A stretch of 64,000 bases of DNA, taken from Eledone cirrhosa. Taxonomy: Eukaryota. Shown one piece after another: positions 1-14,300 of this stretch; position 1 is the stretch's first letter; each line of letters begins with the position of its first letter. The notes beneath the pieces are model-generated. The model made no database searches, was not told the origin of the DNA, and saw nothing but the letters and a program-made list of their open reading frames with translations. The DNA lies in assembly GCA_964016885.1 (NCBI GenBank), contig OZ024741.1, positions 227,788,001 to 227,852,000 of the forward strand, in the 5' to 3' direction. The position numbers were made by a program, and so were the translations under genes.

Positions 1-3000
1 GTGTGTGACTGTGTGTGTGTGGCTGTGTGTATATGACTGTGTGTGTATGTGCCTGTGTATATGTGTGACTGTGTGTATGTGTGACTGTGTGTATGTGACT
101 CTGGTGTATGTGACTGTGTGTCTGACTGTGTGTATGTGATTGTGTCTGTGTGACTGTGTGTATGTGTCTGTGTGTATATGACTGTGTGTGTGTGACTGTG
201 TGTATATGACTGTGTGTGTGTGACTGTGTGTGTATGTGACTGTTTGTGTGTGTGACTGTGTGTGACTGTGTTACTGTGTGTCTGTGTCTCTTTCTGTGAC
301 TGTGTGTGTGTGACTGTGTTCAGTGACTTATGTGCATGTGACTGTGTGTATGTGACTGTGTGTGTGACTGTGTGTATGTGACTGTGTGTATGTGACTGTG
401 TGTGAGTGACTGTGTGTATGTGACTGTGTGTGTATGTGACTGTGTGTCTGTGTATGTGACTGTGTGAATGTGACTGTGTGTATGTGACTGTCTGTGTGAC
501 TGTGTGTATGTGACTGTGTGTATGTGACTGTGTGTGTGTGGCTGTGTGTGTGTGTGACTGTATGTATGTGACTGTGTGTGGATGACAGTGTGTGTGTGTC
601 TGTGTGTCTGTGACTGTGTGTGTAACTGTGTGTATGTGACTGTGTATCTGGCTGTATGTGTGACTGTGTGTATGTTGGTGTGTATGTGACATTGTGTGCG
701 TGACTGTGTGCGGGACTGTGTTTATATTACTGCGTATGTGACTGTGTGTATGTGAGTGTGTGTACATGACTCTGTATGTGACCGTGTGTATGTGACTGTG
801 TGTATGTGACTGTCTGTGTGACTGTGTGTATGTGACTGTGTGTATGTGACTGTGTGTATGTGACTGTGTGCATGTGACTGTGTGCATGTGACTGTGTGCA
901 TCTGACTGTATGTGTGACTCTGTGTATGTGACTGTGTGTATGTGAATGTGTGCATGTGACTGTGTGTATGTGACTGTGTGCATCTGACTGTATGTGTGAC
1001 TGTGTGTGTGTGTGACTGTGTGTGTGTGTGACTGTATGTATGTGACTGTGTGTGGATGACTGTGTGTGTGTGTGACTGTGTGTCTGTGACAGTATGTGTG
1101 TAACAGTGTGTATGTGACTGTGTGTATCTGACTGTGTGTGTGACTGTGTGAATGGCGGTGTGTGTATGTGACATTGTCTGTGTGACTGTGTACGGGACTG
1201 TGTTTATATTACTGCGTGTGTGACTGTGTGTATGTGAGCGTGTGGATGTCACTGTGTGTGTATGTAACTGCGTGTGTATGACTGTGTGTATATGACTCTG
1301 TGTATGACTGTGTGTATGCGAATGTTTGTATCTGACTGTGTGTGTGACTGTATGTATGTGACTGAGTGTATACGACTGTGTGTGTGACTGTGTGTGTGAC
1401 TGTGTCTGTGTGACTGTGTGTGTGTAACTGTGTGTGTGACTGTGTCTGTGTGACTGTGTGTGTGTGTGACTGTGTGTGTGTGACTTTGTGTGTATGTGAC
1501 TGTGTGCATGTGACTGTGTGTATGTGACTATGTGTGTGTGACTGTGTGAGTGACTGTGTGTATATGACAGTGTGTATGTGGCTGTGTGAGTGTGACTGTG
1601 TGTGACTGTGTGTATATGTGACCGTGTGTGACTGTGTGTGTATGTGACTGTGTGTGTGTGATTGTGTGTGTGTGACTTTGTGTGACTGTGTATATATGAC
1701 TGTGTGTATGTGACTGTGTGCGACTGTGTGTGTATTTGACTCTGTGTGTGTGACTGTGTGTGTGTGACAGTGTGTATGTAACTGTGTGTATGTGATTGTG
1801 TGTGACTGTGTGTATGTGACTGTGTGTATGACTGTGTGTATGTGACTGTGTGTGTGGTGTGTGTGACTGTGTGTGTGTGACTGTGTGTGTGTGTGACTGT
1901 ATGTATGTGACTGTGTGTGGATGACAGTGTGTGTGTGTCTGTGTGTCTGTGACTGTGTGTGTGTAACTGTGTGTATGTGACTGTGTATCTGGCTGTATGT
2001 GTAACTGTGTGTATGTTGGTGTGTATGTGACATTGTGTGCGTGACTGTGTGCGGGACTGTGTTTATATTACTGCGTATGTGACTGTGTGTATGTGAGTGT
2101 GTGTACATGACTCTGTGTGTGACCGCGTGTATGTGACTGTGTGTATGTGACTGTGTGTGTGACTGTATGCATGTGACTGTGTGTATTTGACTGTGTGTGT
2201 GTGACTGTGTGTGTATGTGACTGTGTGTGTGTGATTGTGTGTGTGTGAATGTGTGTGACTGTGTGTATGTGACTGCGTGTGTGACTGTGTGTGTGTGACT
2301 GTGTGTGAATGTGTGTGTATGTGACTGTGTGTATGTGACTGTGTCTATGTGTGACTGTGTGTGTGTATATGTCTGTGTGTATGTGTGACTGTGTGTATGT
2401 GTGACTGTGAGTATGTGACTCTGTGTGTATGTGACTGTGTGTGTCTGACACTGTGTGTGACTGTGTGTACGTGACTGTTTGTATGTGACTGTGTGTGTAT
2501 GTGACTGTGTGTATGTGACTGTGTGTGTATCTGACTGCGTGTATGTGACAGTGTGACAGTGTGTAAGTGATTGAATTTTATGAAGCTGTGTGCGTATGAC
2601 AGTATGTGTGTGTGATTGGGTGTGTCTGTGACTGTGTGTGTGTGAATGTGTGTGTGCGTGACTGTATGTATGTGACTGTGTGTGGATGACTGTGTGTGTG
2701 TGTGACTGTGTGTTTGTGACTGTGTGTGTGTAACTGTGTGTATGTGACTGCGTGTATTTGACTGTGTGTGTGACTGTGTGTATGGCGGTGTGTGTATGTG
2801 ACATTGTGTGCGTGACTGTGTGCGGGACTGTTTTTATATTACTGCGTGTGTGACTGTATGTATGTGAGTGTGTGTACGTCACTGCGTGTGTATGTGACTG
2901 TGTGTCTGTGACTGTGTGTATATCACACTGTGTGTGACTGTGTGTATGTGACTGTGTGTATGTGACTGTGTGTGTGACTGTATGTATGTGACTGTGTGTC

Positions 3001-6000
3001 TGTGACTGTGTGTGTGACTGAGTGTGTGACTGTGTCTGTGTAACTGTGTGTGTGACTGTGTCGGTGTGACTGTGTGTGCGTGTGACTGTGTGTGTATGTG
3101 ACTGTATGTTTGTGACCGTGTGTGTATATGACTGTGTGTGTGACTGTATGTGTGTGTGTGTGACTGTATGTGTGTGACTGTGTGTGTGTGTGACTGTATG
3201 TATGTGACTGTGTATGGATGACTGTGTGTGTGTGTGACTGTGTGTCTCTGAATCGTGTGTGTAAATGTGTGTATGAGACTGTGTGTGTCTGACTGTGTGT
3301 GTGACTGTGTGTATGACGTGTGTGTATGTGACATTGTGTGCGTGACTGTGTGCGGGACTGTTTTTATATTACTGTGTGTGTGACTGTATGTATGTGAGTG
3401 TGTGTACGTCACTGCGTGTGTATGTGACTGTGTGTCTGTGACTGTGTGTATATGACACTGTGTGTGACTGTGTGTATGTGACTGTGTGTATGTGACTGTG
3501 TGTGTGACTGTATGTATGTGACTGTGTGTCTGTGACTGTGTGTGTGACTGAGTGTGTGACTGTGTCTGTGTAACTGTGTGTGTGACTGTGTCGGTGTGAC
3601 TGTGTGTGCGTGTGACTGTGTGTGTATGTGACTGTATGTTTGTGACCGTGTGTGTATATGACTGTGTGTGTGACTGTATGTGTGTGTGTGTGACTGTATG
3701 TGTGTGACTGTGTGTGTGTGTGACTGTATGTATGTGACTGTGTATGGATGACTGTGTGTGTGTTTGACTGTGTGTCTGTGAATCGTGTGTGTAAATGTGT
3801 GTATGAGACTGTGTGTGTCTGACTGTGTGTGTGACTGTGTGTATGACGTGTGTGTATGTGACATTGTGTGCGTGACTGTGTGCGGGACTGTGTTTATATT
3901 ACTGCGTGTGTGACTCTGTGTATGTGAGTGTGTGTATGTCATTGTGTGTGTATGTGACTGTGTGTGTGTGACCGTGTGTGTGACTGAGTGTGTGACTGTG
4001 TCTGTGTGACTGTGTGTGTGTAACTGTGTGTGTGACTGTGTCTATGTGACTGTGTGTGACTGTGTGTATGTGACTGTATGTAACTGTGTTTGTGACTGTA
4101 TGTATGTGACTGTGTGTGTGTGACTGTGTGTGTGACTGTGTGGGTGACTGAGTGTGTGACTGTGTTTGTGTGACTGTGTATGTGTAACTGTGTGTATGTG
4201 ACTGTGTGTATGTGACTGTCTGTATGTGACTGTATGTGTATGTAACTGTGCGTGTGTGACTGTGTGTATGTGACTGTGTGTGTGACTGTTTGTGACTGTG
4301 TGTGTGACTGTATGTATGTGACTGTGTGTGTGACTGTGTGTGTGACTGAGTGTGTGATTGTGTCTGTGTGAATGTGTGTGTGTGACTTTGTGTGTGAGTA
4401 TGTATAAGTAACTTGTGTGTGTGTGACTGTGTGTATGTGACTGTGTGTATGTGACAGTGTGTGTGACTGTGTGACTGTGATTGTGTGTGTGTGACTGTGT
4501 GTGTGTGTGACTGTATGTATGTGACTGTGTGTGTATGTGACTGTGTGTCTGTGACTGTGTGTATGTGACTGTGTGTATGTGACTGTGTGTATCTGCCTGT
4601 GTTTGTGTGACTGTGTGTGTATGACGGTGTGTGTATGTGACTGTGTCTGTGTGACTGTGCGGGACTGTGTGTATATTACTTCGTGTGTGTGTGACTGTGT
4701 GTATGTGAATGTGTGTCTGTCACTGTGTGAGTATGTGACTGTGTGTATATGACTCTGTGTGTGACTGTGTGTATGTGACTGTGTGTATGTGAGTGTGTGT
4801 ATGTCACTGTGTGAGTATGTGACTCTGTGTGTGTGACTGTGTGTATATGACTCTGTGTGTGACTGTGTATGTGACTGTGTGTATGTAACTGTGTGTATGT
4901 GACTGAGTGTGTGACTGTATGTATGTGACTGTGTGTGTGACTGAGTGTGTGACTGTGTCTGTGTGAGCGTGTGTGCGTGACTGTGTGTGTGACTAAGTCT
5001 GAGTAACTGTGTGTGTGTGACTGTGTGTATATGACTGTGTGTATGTGACAGTGTGTGTGACTGTGTGACTGTGATTGTGTGTATGTGACTGTGTGACTGT
5101 GATTGTGTGTATGTGACTGTCTGTGAGTGACTGTATGTTTGTGACACTGTGTGACTGTGTTTCAGTGACTCTATGTGTGTGTGACGGTGTGTATGTGACT
5201 GTGTGTATGTGACTGTGTGCATTTGACTGTGTGTATGTGACTGCGTGTATGTGACTATGTGACAGTGTGTATATGACTGTGTGTATGTGGCTGTGTGTTT
5301 GACTGACTGTGTGTGTGTGATTGTGTGTATATGTGACTGTACGTTTGTGACCGTGTGTGTATATGACTGTGTGTGTGACTGTGTGTGTGTGTGTGACTGT
5401 ATGTGTGTGACTGTGTGTGTGTGTGACTGTATGTATGTGACTGTGTATGGATGACTGTGTGTGTGTGTGACTGTGTCTATGTGACTGTGTGTGTATGTGA
5501 CTGTGTGTGTATGTGACTGTGTGTATGCGACTGTGTGTATGTGAATATGTGTGTGTGACTGTGTGTGTGTGTGACTGTGTGTATGTGACTATGTGTATGT
5601 AACTGTGTGTGTGTGACTGTATGTGACTGTGTGTGTATGTGACTGTGTGTTACTCTGTGTGTCCGTGACTGTGTGTGTGTGACTGTGTGTGACTGTCTGT
5701 ATGTGACTGTGTGTGTGACTGTGTGTGTGTGACTGTGTGTGTAAGTGACTGTGTGTATTTAACTGTGTGTGTATGTGACTGTGTGACAGTGTGTATGTGA
5801 CTGTGTGTATGTGGCTGTGTGTGTGTGATTTTGTGTGTATGTGACTGTATGTCTGTGACCGTGTTTGTATATGACTGTGTGTGTGACTCTGTGTGTGTGT
5901 GACTGTATGTATGTGACTGTGTGTGGGTGACTGTGTGTGTGTGACTGTGTGTCTGTGACATTGTGTGTGTAACTTTGTGTATGTGACTGTGTGTATCTGA

Positions 6001-9000
6001 CTGTGTGTGTGACTCTGTGTATGGCGGTGTGTGTATGTGACATTGTGTGCGTGACTGTGTGCGGGGCTGTGTTTATATTACTGCGTGTGTGACTGTGTGT
6101 ATGTGAGTGTGTGTATGTCACTGTGTGTGTATGTGACTGTGTGTGTATGACTGTGTGTATATGACTCTGTGTGTGACTGTGTGTATGTGACTGTGTGTAT
6201 GTGACTGTGTGTTTGACTGTATGTATGTGCCTGTATGTGTGTGACTGTGTGTTTGACTGAGTGTGTGACTGTGTGACTGTGTGTCTGTATCTGTGTGTAT
6301 GACTGTGTCTGTGTGACTGTGTGTGTGTGTGTGACTGTGTGTGTGTGTGACTGTGTGTGTATGTAACTGTGTGTATGTGACTGTGTGTAACTGCCTGTGT
6401 GTGTGACTGTGTGTGTATGACGGTGTGTGTATGTAACTGTCAGTGTGTGACTGTGTGCGGGACTGTGTGTATATACTGCGTGTGTGTGTGACTGTGTGTA
6501 TCTGACTGTGTGTGTGTGACTGTGTGCATGGCGGTGTGTGTATGTGACATTGTGTGCGTGACTGTGTGCGTGACTGTGTTTATATTACTGCGTGTGTGAC
6601 TGTGTGTATGTGAGTGTGTGTACGTCAGTGTGTGTATATGTGACTGTGTGTGTGTGACTGTGTGTATATGACGCTGTGTGTGACTGTGTGTATGTGACTG
6701 TCTGTATGTAACTGTGTGTGTGACTGTATGTATGTGACTGTGTGTGTGTGACTGTGTGTGTGACTGAGTGTGTGACTGTGTCTGTGTGACTGTGTATGTG
6801 TAACTGTGTGTGTGTGACTGTGTGTATGTATTGTGTGTGTGTGACTGTGTGTATGTGTGACTCTGTGTATGTCACTGTGTTTGTGTGTGACTGTGTGTGT
6901 GTATGTGACTGTGTGTATGTGACTGTGTGTATCTGACTGTGTGTATGTGACTGTCTGTATGTGACTGTATGTGTATGTAACTGTGCGTGTGTGACTGTGT
7001 GTATGTGACTCTATGTATGTGACTGTGTGTGTGTGTGACTATGTCTAAGTAACTTGTGTGTGTGTGACTGTGTGTATATGACTCTGTGTGTGACTGTGTG
7101 TATGTGACTGTGTGTATGTGAATGTGTGTATGTGACTGTGTGTATCTGCTTGTGTGTGTGTGACTGTGTGTGTATGACGGTGTGTGTATGTGACTGTGTC
7201 TGTGTGACTGTGCGGGACTGTGTGTATATTACTTCGTGTGTGTTTGACTGTGTGTATGTTAGTGTGTGTATGTCACTGTGTGAGTATGTGACTGTGTGTG
7301 TGTGACTGTGTGTATGTGACTGTGTGTATGTGACTATTTGTATGTGACTGAGTGTGTGACTGTATGTATGTGACTGTGTGGGTGACTGAGTGTGTGACTG
7401 TGTCCGTGTGACTGTGTGTGTGACTATGTCTGAGTAACTGTGTGTGTGTGACTGTGTGTATATGACTGTGTGTATGTGACAGTGTGTGTGACTGTATGAC
7501 TGTGATTGTGTGTATGTGACTGTCTGTGAGTGACTGTATGTATGTGACTGTGTGTATGTGAGTGTCAGTGAGTGACCGTGTGTGTATGTGACTGTGTGTT
7601 GGTTTGAGTGTGTTTGTGACACTGTGTGACTATGTTTCAGTGACTCTATGTGTATGTGACGGTGTGTATGTGACTGTGTGTATGTGACTGTGTGTATTTG
7701 ACTGTGTGTGTATGTGGCTGTGTGTGTGACTGACTGTGTGTGTGTGATTGTGTGTGTATGTGACTGTATGTTTGTGACCGTGTGTGTATATGACTGTGTG
7801 TGTGACTGTGTGTGTGTGTGTGTGTGACTGTATGTGTGTGACTGTGTGTGTGTGTTTGACTGTATGTATGTGACTGTATATGGATGACTGTGTGTGTGTG
7901 TGACTGTGTGTCTGTGAATTGTGTGTGTAACTGTGTGTATGAGATTGTGTGTGTCTGACTGTGTATGTGAGTGTGTGTATGTCACTGTGTGTGTATGTGA
8001 CTGTGTGTGTGTGACTGTGTGTATATGACTCTGTGTGTGACTGTGTGTATGTGACTGTGTGTATGTGACTGTGTGTGTGACTGTATGTATGTGACTGTGT
8101 GTGTGTGCCTGTGTGTGTTACTGAGTGTGTGACTGTGTCTGTGTGACTGTGTGTGTGTAACTGTGTGTGTGACTGTGTCTATGTGACTGTGTGTGCGTGT
8201 GACTGTGTGTGTATGTGACTGTGTGTGTATGTGACTGTGTGTGTGTGACTGTGTGTGTGACTGAGTGTGTGACTGTGTCTGTGTGACTGTGTGTGTGTAA
8301 CTGTGTGTGTGACTGTGTCTATGTGACTGTGTGTGCCTGTAGCTGTGTGTGTATGTGACTGTGTGTGTATGTGACTGTGTGTATGCGACTGTGTATGTGA
8401 ACATGTGTGTGTGACTGTGTGTGTGTGTGACTGTGTGTATGTGACTATGTGTATGTAGCTGTGTGTGTGTGACTGTATGTGACTGTGTGTGTATATGACT
8501 GTGTGTTACTCTGTGTGTCCGTGACTGTGTGTGTGTGACTGTGTGTGACTGTGTCTGTGTGACTGTGTGTGTGTTTGATCGTGTCTGTGTATGACTGTGT
8601 GTGTATGTAACTGTGTGTATGTGACTCTATGTAACTGCCTGTGTGTGTATGTGACTGTGTGTGTATATGATGTGTGTGTGACTGTGTGTGTGTGTGTGTG
8701 ACTTTGTGTGTTTTTCGACTGTGTTTGTGTGTGACTGTATGTATGTGACTGTGTGTGCAAGAATGTGTGTGTGTGACTGTGTGTCTATGACATTGTGTGT
8801 GTAACTTTGTGTATGTGACTGTGTGTATCTGACTGTGTGTGTGACTGTGTGTATGGCGGTGTGTGTATGTGACATTGTGTGCGTGACTGTGTTTATATTA
8901 CTGCGTGTGTGACTGTGTGTATGTGAGTGTGTGTATGTCACTGTGTGTGTATGTGACTGTGTGTGTGTGACTATGTGTATGTGGCTGTGTGTGTGTGACT

Positions 9001-10482
9001 GTGTATGACTGTGTGTGTATGTGACTGTGTGTGACTGTGTGTGACTGTGTGTATGTGACTGTGTGTGTGACTGTGTGTGTGTGACTATGTGTGTATGTGA
9101 CTGTGTCTTTGACTGTGTGTGTATGTGACTGTGTGTATGTGACTGTGTGTATGTGGCTGTGTGTGTGACTGACTCTGTGTGTGTGATTGTGTGTGTATAT
9201 GACTGTGTGTGTGACTGTGTGTGTGTGACTTTGTGTGTTTTTCGACTGTGTGTGTGTGTGACTGTATGTATGTGACTGTGTGTGGATGACTGTGTGTGTG
9301 TGTGACTGTGTGTCTGTGACATTGTGTGTGTAACTGTGTGTATGTGACTGTGTATATCTGACTGTGTGTGTGACTGTGTGTATGGCGGTGTGTGTATGTG
9401 ACATTGTGTGCGTGACTGTGTGCGGGACTGTGTTTATATTACTGCGTGTGTGACTGTGTGTATGTGAGTGTGTGTATGTCACTGTGTGTGTATGTGACTG
9501 TGTGTGTGTGACTGTGTGTATATGACTCTGTGTGTGACTGTGTGTATGTGACTGTGTGTATATGACTCTGTATGTGACTGTGTGTATGTGACTGTGTGTA
9601 TGTGACTGTGTGTGTGTGACTGTGTGTGTGTGTGACCGTGTCTATGTGACTATGTGTATGTGGCTGTGTATGTGTGACTGTGTGTGTGTGTGACTGTGTG
9701 TATGCGACTATGTGTATGTGACTGTGTGTGTGACTGTGTGTGTGTGTGACTGTGTCTATGTGACTATGTGTATGTGGCTGTGTATGTGTGACTGTGTGTG
9801 TATGTGACTGTGTGTGTCTGTGACTGTGTGTGTGTGACTGTGTGTGACTGTGTGTATGTGACTGTGTGTATGTGACTGTGTGTATGTGTCTGTGTGTATG
9901 TGACTGTGTCTATGTGTGACTGTGTGTGTGTATGTGACTGTGTGTATGTCTGACTGTGTGTATGTGACTGTGTGTGTGTGACTGTGTGTATGCGACTGTG
10001 TGTATGTGACTGTGTGTGTGTGTGACTGTGCGTATATGACTCTGTGTGTGTGACTGTGTGTATGTGTGACTCTGTGTATGTGACTGTGTGTGTGTGTGAC
10101 TGTGTGTGTGTATGTGACTGTGTGTATGTGTGACTGTGTGAATGTGACTCTGTGTGTATGTGACTGCGTGTCTGACTGTGTGTATGTGACTGTGGGTGTG
10201 TGAAAGTGTGTGTGTATGTGACTGTGTGTATGTGTGACTGTGTGTATGTGTGACTGTGTGTATGTGACTGTGTGTATGTGACTGCGTGTCTGACTGTGTG
10301 TATGTCACTGTGGGTGTGTTACTGTGTGTCTGACTGTGTGTATGTGACTATGTGTGTGTGACTGTGTGTATGTGACTGTGTGTATGTGACTGTGCGTATG
10401 TGACTGTGTGTGCGACTGTGTGTGTGCGACTGTATGTATGTGACTGTATATATGTGACTGTATGTGACAGTGTGTGTGACTC
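1..10482. repeat. GT-rich minisatellite array, basic unit about TGTGTGTATGTGAC, with higher-order duplications; runs off the window start
   Basis: GACT interrupts (TG)n every 8-16 nt for 10.5 kb. The marker CGGGACTGT(G/T)TTTATATTACTG recurs at about 711, 1193, 2052, 2823, 3353, 3883 and 9423. The blocks 2879-3412 and 3409-3942 are near-identical with a 530-bp period. Confidence 0.97.
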
Positions 10483-10565
10483 TGGGTAACTGTTTATGTG
10501 CGTGTGTAGGGGAGATTATTGTGTGTTTGTGTGTAAGCGAGTGTGTCCGTGTGTGTGTGTATGTA

Positions 10566-10735
<170 letters not shown>

Positions 10736-10914
10736 GGGATAAATACAAATTGAAGGAATGAAATAATGAGAGATAATATGAGAGAAGTGAAAATATGACG
10801 TAGATGAGAGAAAGAGAGATTGTTTTAGTGATTGAAAGATGGAAAAAGTGATGAGAACGGAAAAGAAAGGAAAAAAAGAGAAAAGAATAAGGAGTTAGTA
10901 TACAAGGGAATGAG

Positions 10915-11017
10915 AGTATGTGTATGTGTGCGTGTGTGTATGTGTGCGTGTGCGTGCGTGTGTGTGAGTGATGTGTGCTGTGTGCTGTGTGTGTATGTGC
11001 GTGAGTGTGTGAGTGTG

Positions 11018-11049
<32 letters not shown>

Positions 11050-11410
11050 CGTGTGTGTGAATGATGTGTGCTGTGTGCTGTGTGCTGTGTGTGTATGTGC
11101 GTGTGTGTGTGAGTGTGAGTGTGTGTGTGTGTGCGTGTGTGTGAGTGATGTGTGCTGTGTGTCTGTGTAATGTGTGCTCTGTGTGTGTATCGTGTATATA
11201 CTGTGCTGTGCGTGTATGTGCGTGTTTGTGTGTGAGTGTGAGTGTGTGTGCGTGTGTATGAATGATGTGTGCTGGGTGCTGTGTGTGTATGTGCGTGTGA
11301 GTGTGTGAGTGTGAGTGTGAGTGTGTGTACGTGTGTGTGAGTGATTTGTGCTGTGTGTCTGTGTAATGTGTGCTCTTAGTGTATGTGTGTGTGTGTGTAT
11401 GTGTGTGTGC

Positions 11411-11492
<82 letters not shown>

Positions 11493-11522
11493 CTGTGTGT
11501 GTGCGTCTGTGTGTATGTGTGT
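10915..11522. repeat. Degenerate (GT)n tract with repeated ATGTGTGCTGTGTG units
   Basis: Directly visible. Confidence 0.9.
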
Positions 11523-11537
11523 ATGTTTTGATTTTAG

Positions 11538-11634
11538 TCAGTCGGATTGCTGCAGTGAAACACTCGTCAAACATCTTGTTCCGATAGTAGAGTCTATATA
11601 TCAGACAACCAACAACACAACCGGCCTGCCACCT
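11538..11634 (+). CDS. Candidate internal exon of an unidentified host gene ([32 protein letters not shown])
   Basis: Unique-looking island between microsatellites. Acceptor ttttgattttag, donor gtgcgt. Only one + frame is open, and it ends on a codon boundary compatible with the next exon. Confidence 0.5.
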
Positions 11635-11648
11635 GTGCGTATACATAC

Positions 11649-11743
<95 letters not shown>

Positions 11744-11927
11744 CATATATTTATACATATGTTAATGTAAACACACCTATACACAAACACATACCCGTCT
11801 CTATGGGTGTATGATTTTATTTGTTTAGAAATACGTGTATGCATACCGATATACATACATATATATATATGTATGTGTGTACTGCGTAGAATTTAAGTCA
11901 GTAAGGGCAGTTCAGATGATATTTTAG

Positions 11928-12071
11928 CGGAATCTTCAAAGCTGTCCCAACACACGCTGCTGCACAGTTTCGCCACTGCCGCTAGACGGCGCTGTACTTC
12001 GTTCAACGTGCATATATAACCATTATGTTCGATCGCATGCGAGTGGTGCTGGGGCTGGCTGGCCACATATA
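11928..12071 (+). CDS. Candidate 144-nt internal exon (RNLQSCPNTRCCTVSPLPLDGAVLRSTCIYNHYVRSHASGAGAGWPHI)
   Basis: Acceptor gatattttag, canonical donor gtaagt, higher GC than the flanks. Only frame 0 is open on +, matching the phase of 11538-11634. Confidence 0.58.
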
Positions 12072-12760
12072 GTAAGTTAGTTGTACAGCTATACTAACCT
12101 TATGATGCACACCATTTACACTACTCTACTACCCGGAGAAATTAAAGACCAGAATACCAATTCTGATATACGAAGAATTTAACGAATATACGAATACCCT
12201 AACATATACGAATTCAAATATTTGAATATACGTAATATAACGAATATAAATAAAATAAAATAATAATAATAATATTAAAATTTATATTATTATTATCGTT
12301 ATTAATATTATTATTATTAGTTTTGGTAACAATGATGATGGTATTCCAAAACTAAAAAAGAATATCTATATAATTCTATATATACATGTGCATATAAATG
12401 GATCTCCGTCGGTTTCACCACCCAAACGATTAAGTGGAATCACTTATCTTCAGAACTATTATAAACAGCAACAACAGCAATAACAACACAAACTTACCCC
12501 AAAAAAAACTTGTTCTATACATTCATATATATATGATTGTCTAAAATATTATAGTCACACAGACACCCCGGTCCCCGCACATATATATATATATATATAT
12601 ATGTGTATATATAGCTGAGTCAGAAGTGAAAGTACTGAAACTAGCACGATGATGACCGTAAGTACAGTTTTATGGCATTCTTAATATTTCTACTTGTTCC
12701 ACTTTTACTACCACTACTGCAACTACAACTACTATTACTATTACTGTTGCTACCGTCATA

Positions 12761-12790
<30 letters not shown>

Positions 12791-12792
<2 letters not shown>

Positions 12793-12922
12793 TTGTTAAT
12801 TTTTTTGTTACATCCTCTGTTTTTGTTTTTTACACGCAGAAATGCCCATTTGTACCGTCCTGCATTGTCCTGCACTCTCCTTAATGTCTACTTTATGTAA
12901 ACCCTTGTGGTTAATAAAGAAA

Positions 12923-12989
<67 letters not shown>
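12791..12989 (+). mobile_element. 3' UTR fragment of a Tx1/L1-like retrotransposon with (ATT)n tail
   Basis: Near-identical to 40506-40637. AATAAA is followed by gaaatc(ATT)n, and (ATT)n is also present upstream. Confidence 0.9.
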
Positions 12990-12990
<1 letters not shown>

Positions 12991-13000
12991 CACACACACA

Positions 13001-13054
<54 letters not shown>

Positions 13055-13057
13055 ATA

Positions 13058-13152
13058 CAGGGTGTCCCAAAAATGTATACATACAATCAACACGATTCTA
13101 ATGAGTGTATATATATATATTTTTTTTTTGGGGGGGGGACACAGACATCCTG
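13058..13152. mobile_element. Small Tc1/mariner-type MITE relic
   Basis: Terminus CAGGGTGTCCCAAAA with TA flanks. Homologous to 47999-48087. Confidence 0.6.
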
Positions 13153-13295
13153 TATATATATATATGTGTGTGTGTATATAATACATGCATATCTATCTAT
13201 CTATACACACATATATATATATATACGTATATATACATACATATATATATATAATACATATATGCGTCTGTATATGAGTGACCATATCTATATGT

Positions 13296-13352
<57 letters not shown>

Positions 13353-13380
13353 TACACATACATATATATATATATATATA

Positions 13381-13435
<55 letters not shown>

Positions 13436-13507
13436 ATATGTGTGTATATATATATATATGTGTGTATATATATATATATATGTGTATATAAAGATTCATA
13501 TGCATGC

Positions 13508-13602
<95 letters not shown>

Positions 13603-13820
13603 TATATATATATATGTATATATACATGCATGCATATGAATCTTTAAGTGATATATGAATATACTGTGTGTGTGTGTTTCTACGTATATATATATATATA
13701 TATATATATGTAAATATGATGATAATAATGGAGCTGCGGCGTTGCAAATGAGATACATATGAAAAAGTGAGTCCTTCATCAGTGACCCTCCAACCGTCCT
13801 CGGCATTTCATCGCTTTAAG

Positions 13821-13858
<38 letters not shown>

Positions 13859-14053
13859 AATTTCTCATATTATAAAATAAATGTGAAAGAGGGATGAGCC
13901 GATAATACAGAAATGTATCCAGCAACCACTTACAACCTGTGGGTATGTTTGCGCAAGTATGCCTTATAGTATATGTGCATGAATGTAATGTATATATATA
14001 TATATAGGTGTCTGTTGAAACGGCAACAGCTCAGCTGTCGGGGTCCCGAATCC

Positions 14054-14110
<57 letters not shown>

Positions 14111-14115
<5 letters not shown>

Positions 14116-14300
14116 AACCGGTAAGACCCCGACGGCTGGGCTCAAGCCGTTTCGACGGCTAATTCTGGACGCGTCCAGAATTAGCCGTCGAAACGGCTTG
14201 AGCTCAGCCGTCGGGGTATTACCGGTTCCTATTACCCACTCTACTACCCCAAGTATTGAGTACTTTGGTCCACCTGGTTCCTTACCACATTTCCTTCGTT
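14111..14300 (+). mobile_element. Fold-back short element (family K) in (TA)n with the 3' half of a hammerhead; probable PLE 3' end
   Basis: Near-perfect palindrome 14111-14232 centred on GGACGCGTCC. GAAA-CGGCT-loop-AGCCG-TC at 14190-14212. Family copies at 15020, 52824 and 60726. Confidence 0.75.

Noticed and set aside
722-10308. Long His/Thr/Ser-rich ORFs on the minus strand
   Set aside because: They are a by-product of a (CA)-rich repeat that rarely forms stop codons. Several frames are open and there is no other coding signal.
13700-13822. CTGATGA on minus at about 13786-13792
   Set aside because: No suitably placed GAAA or stems.
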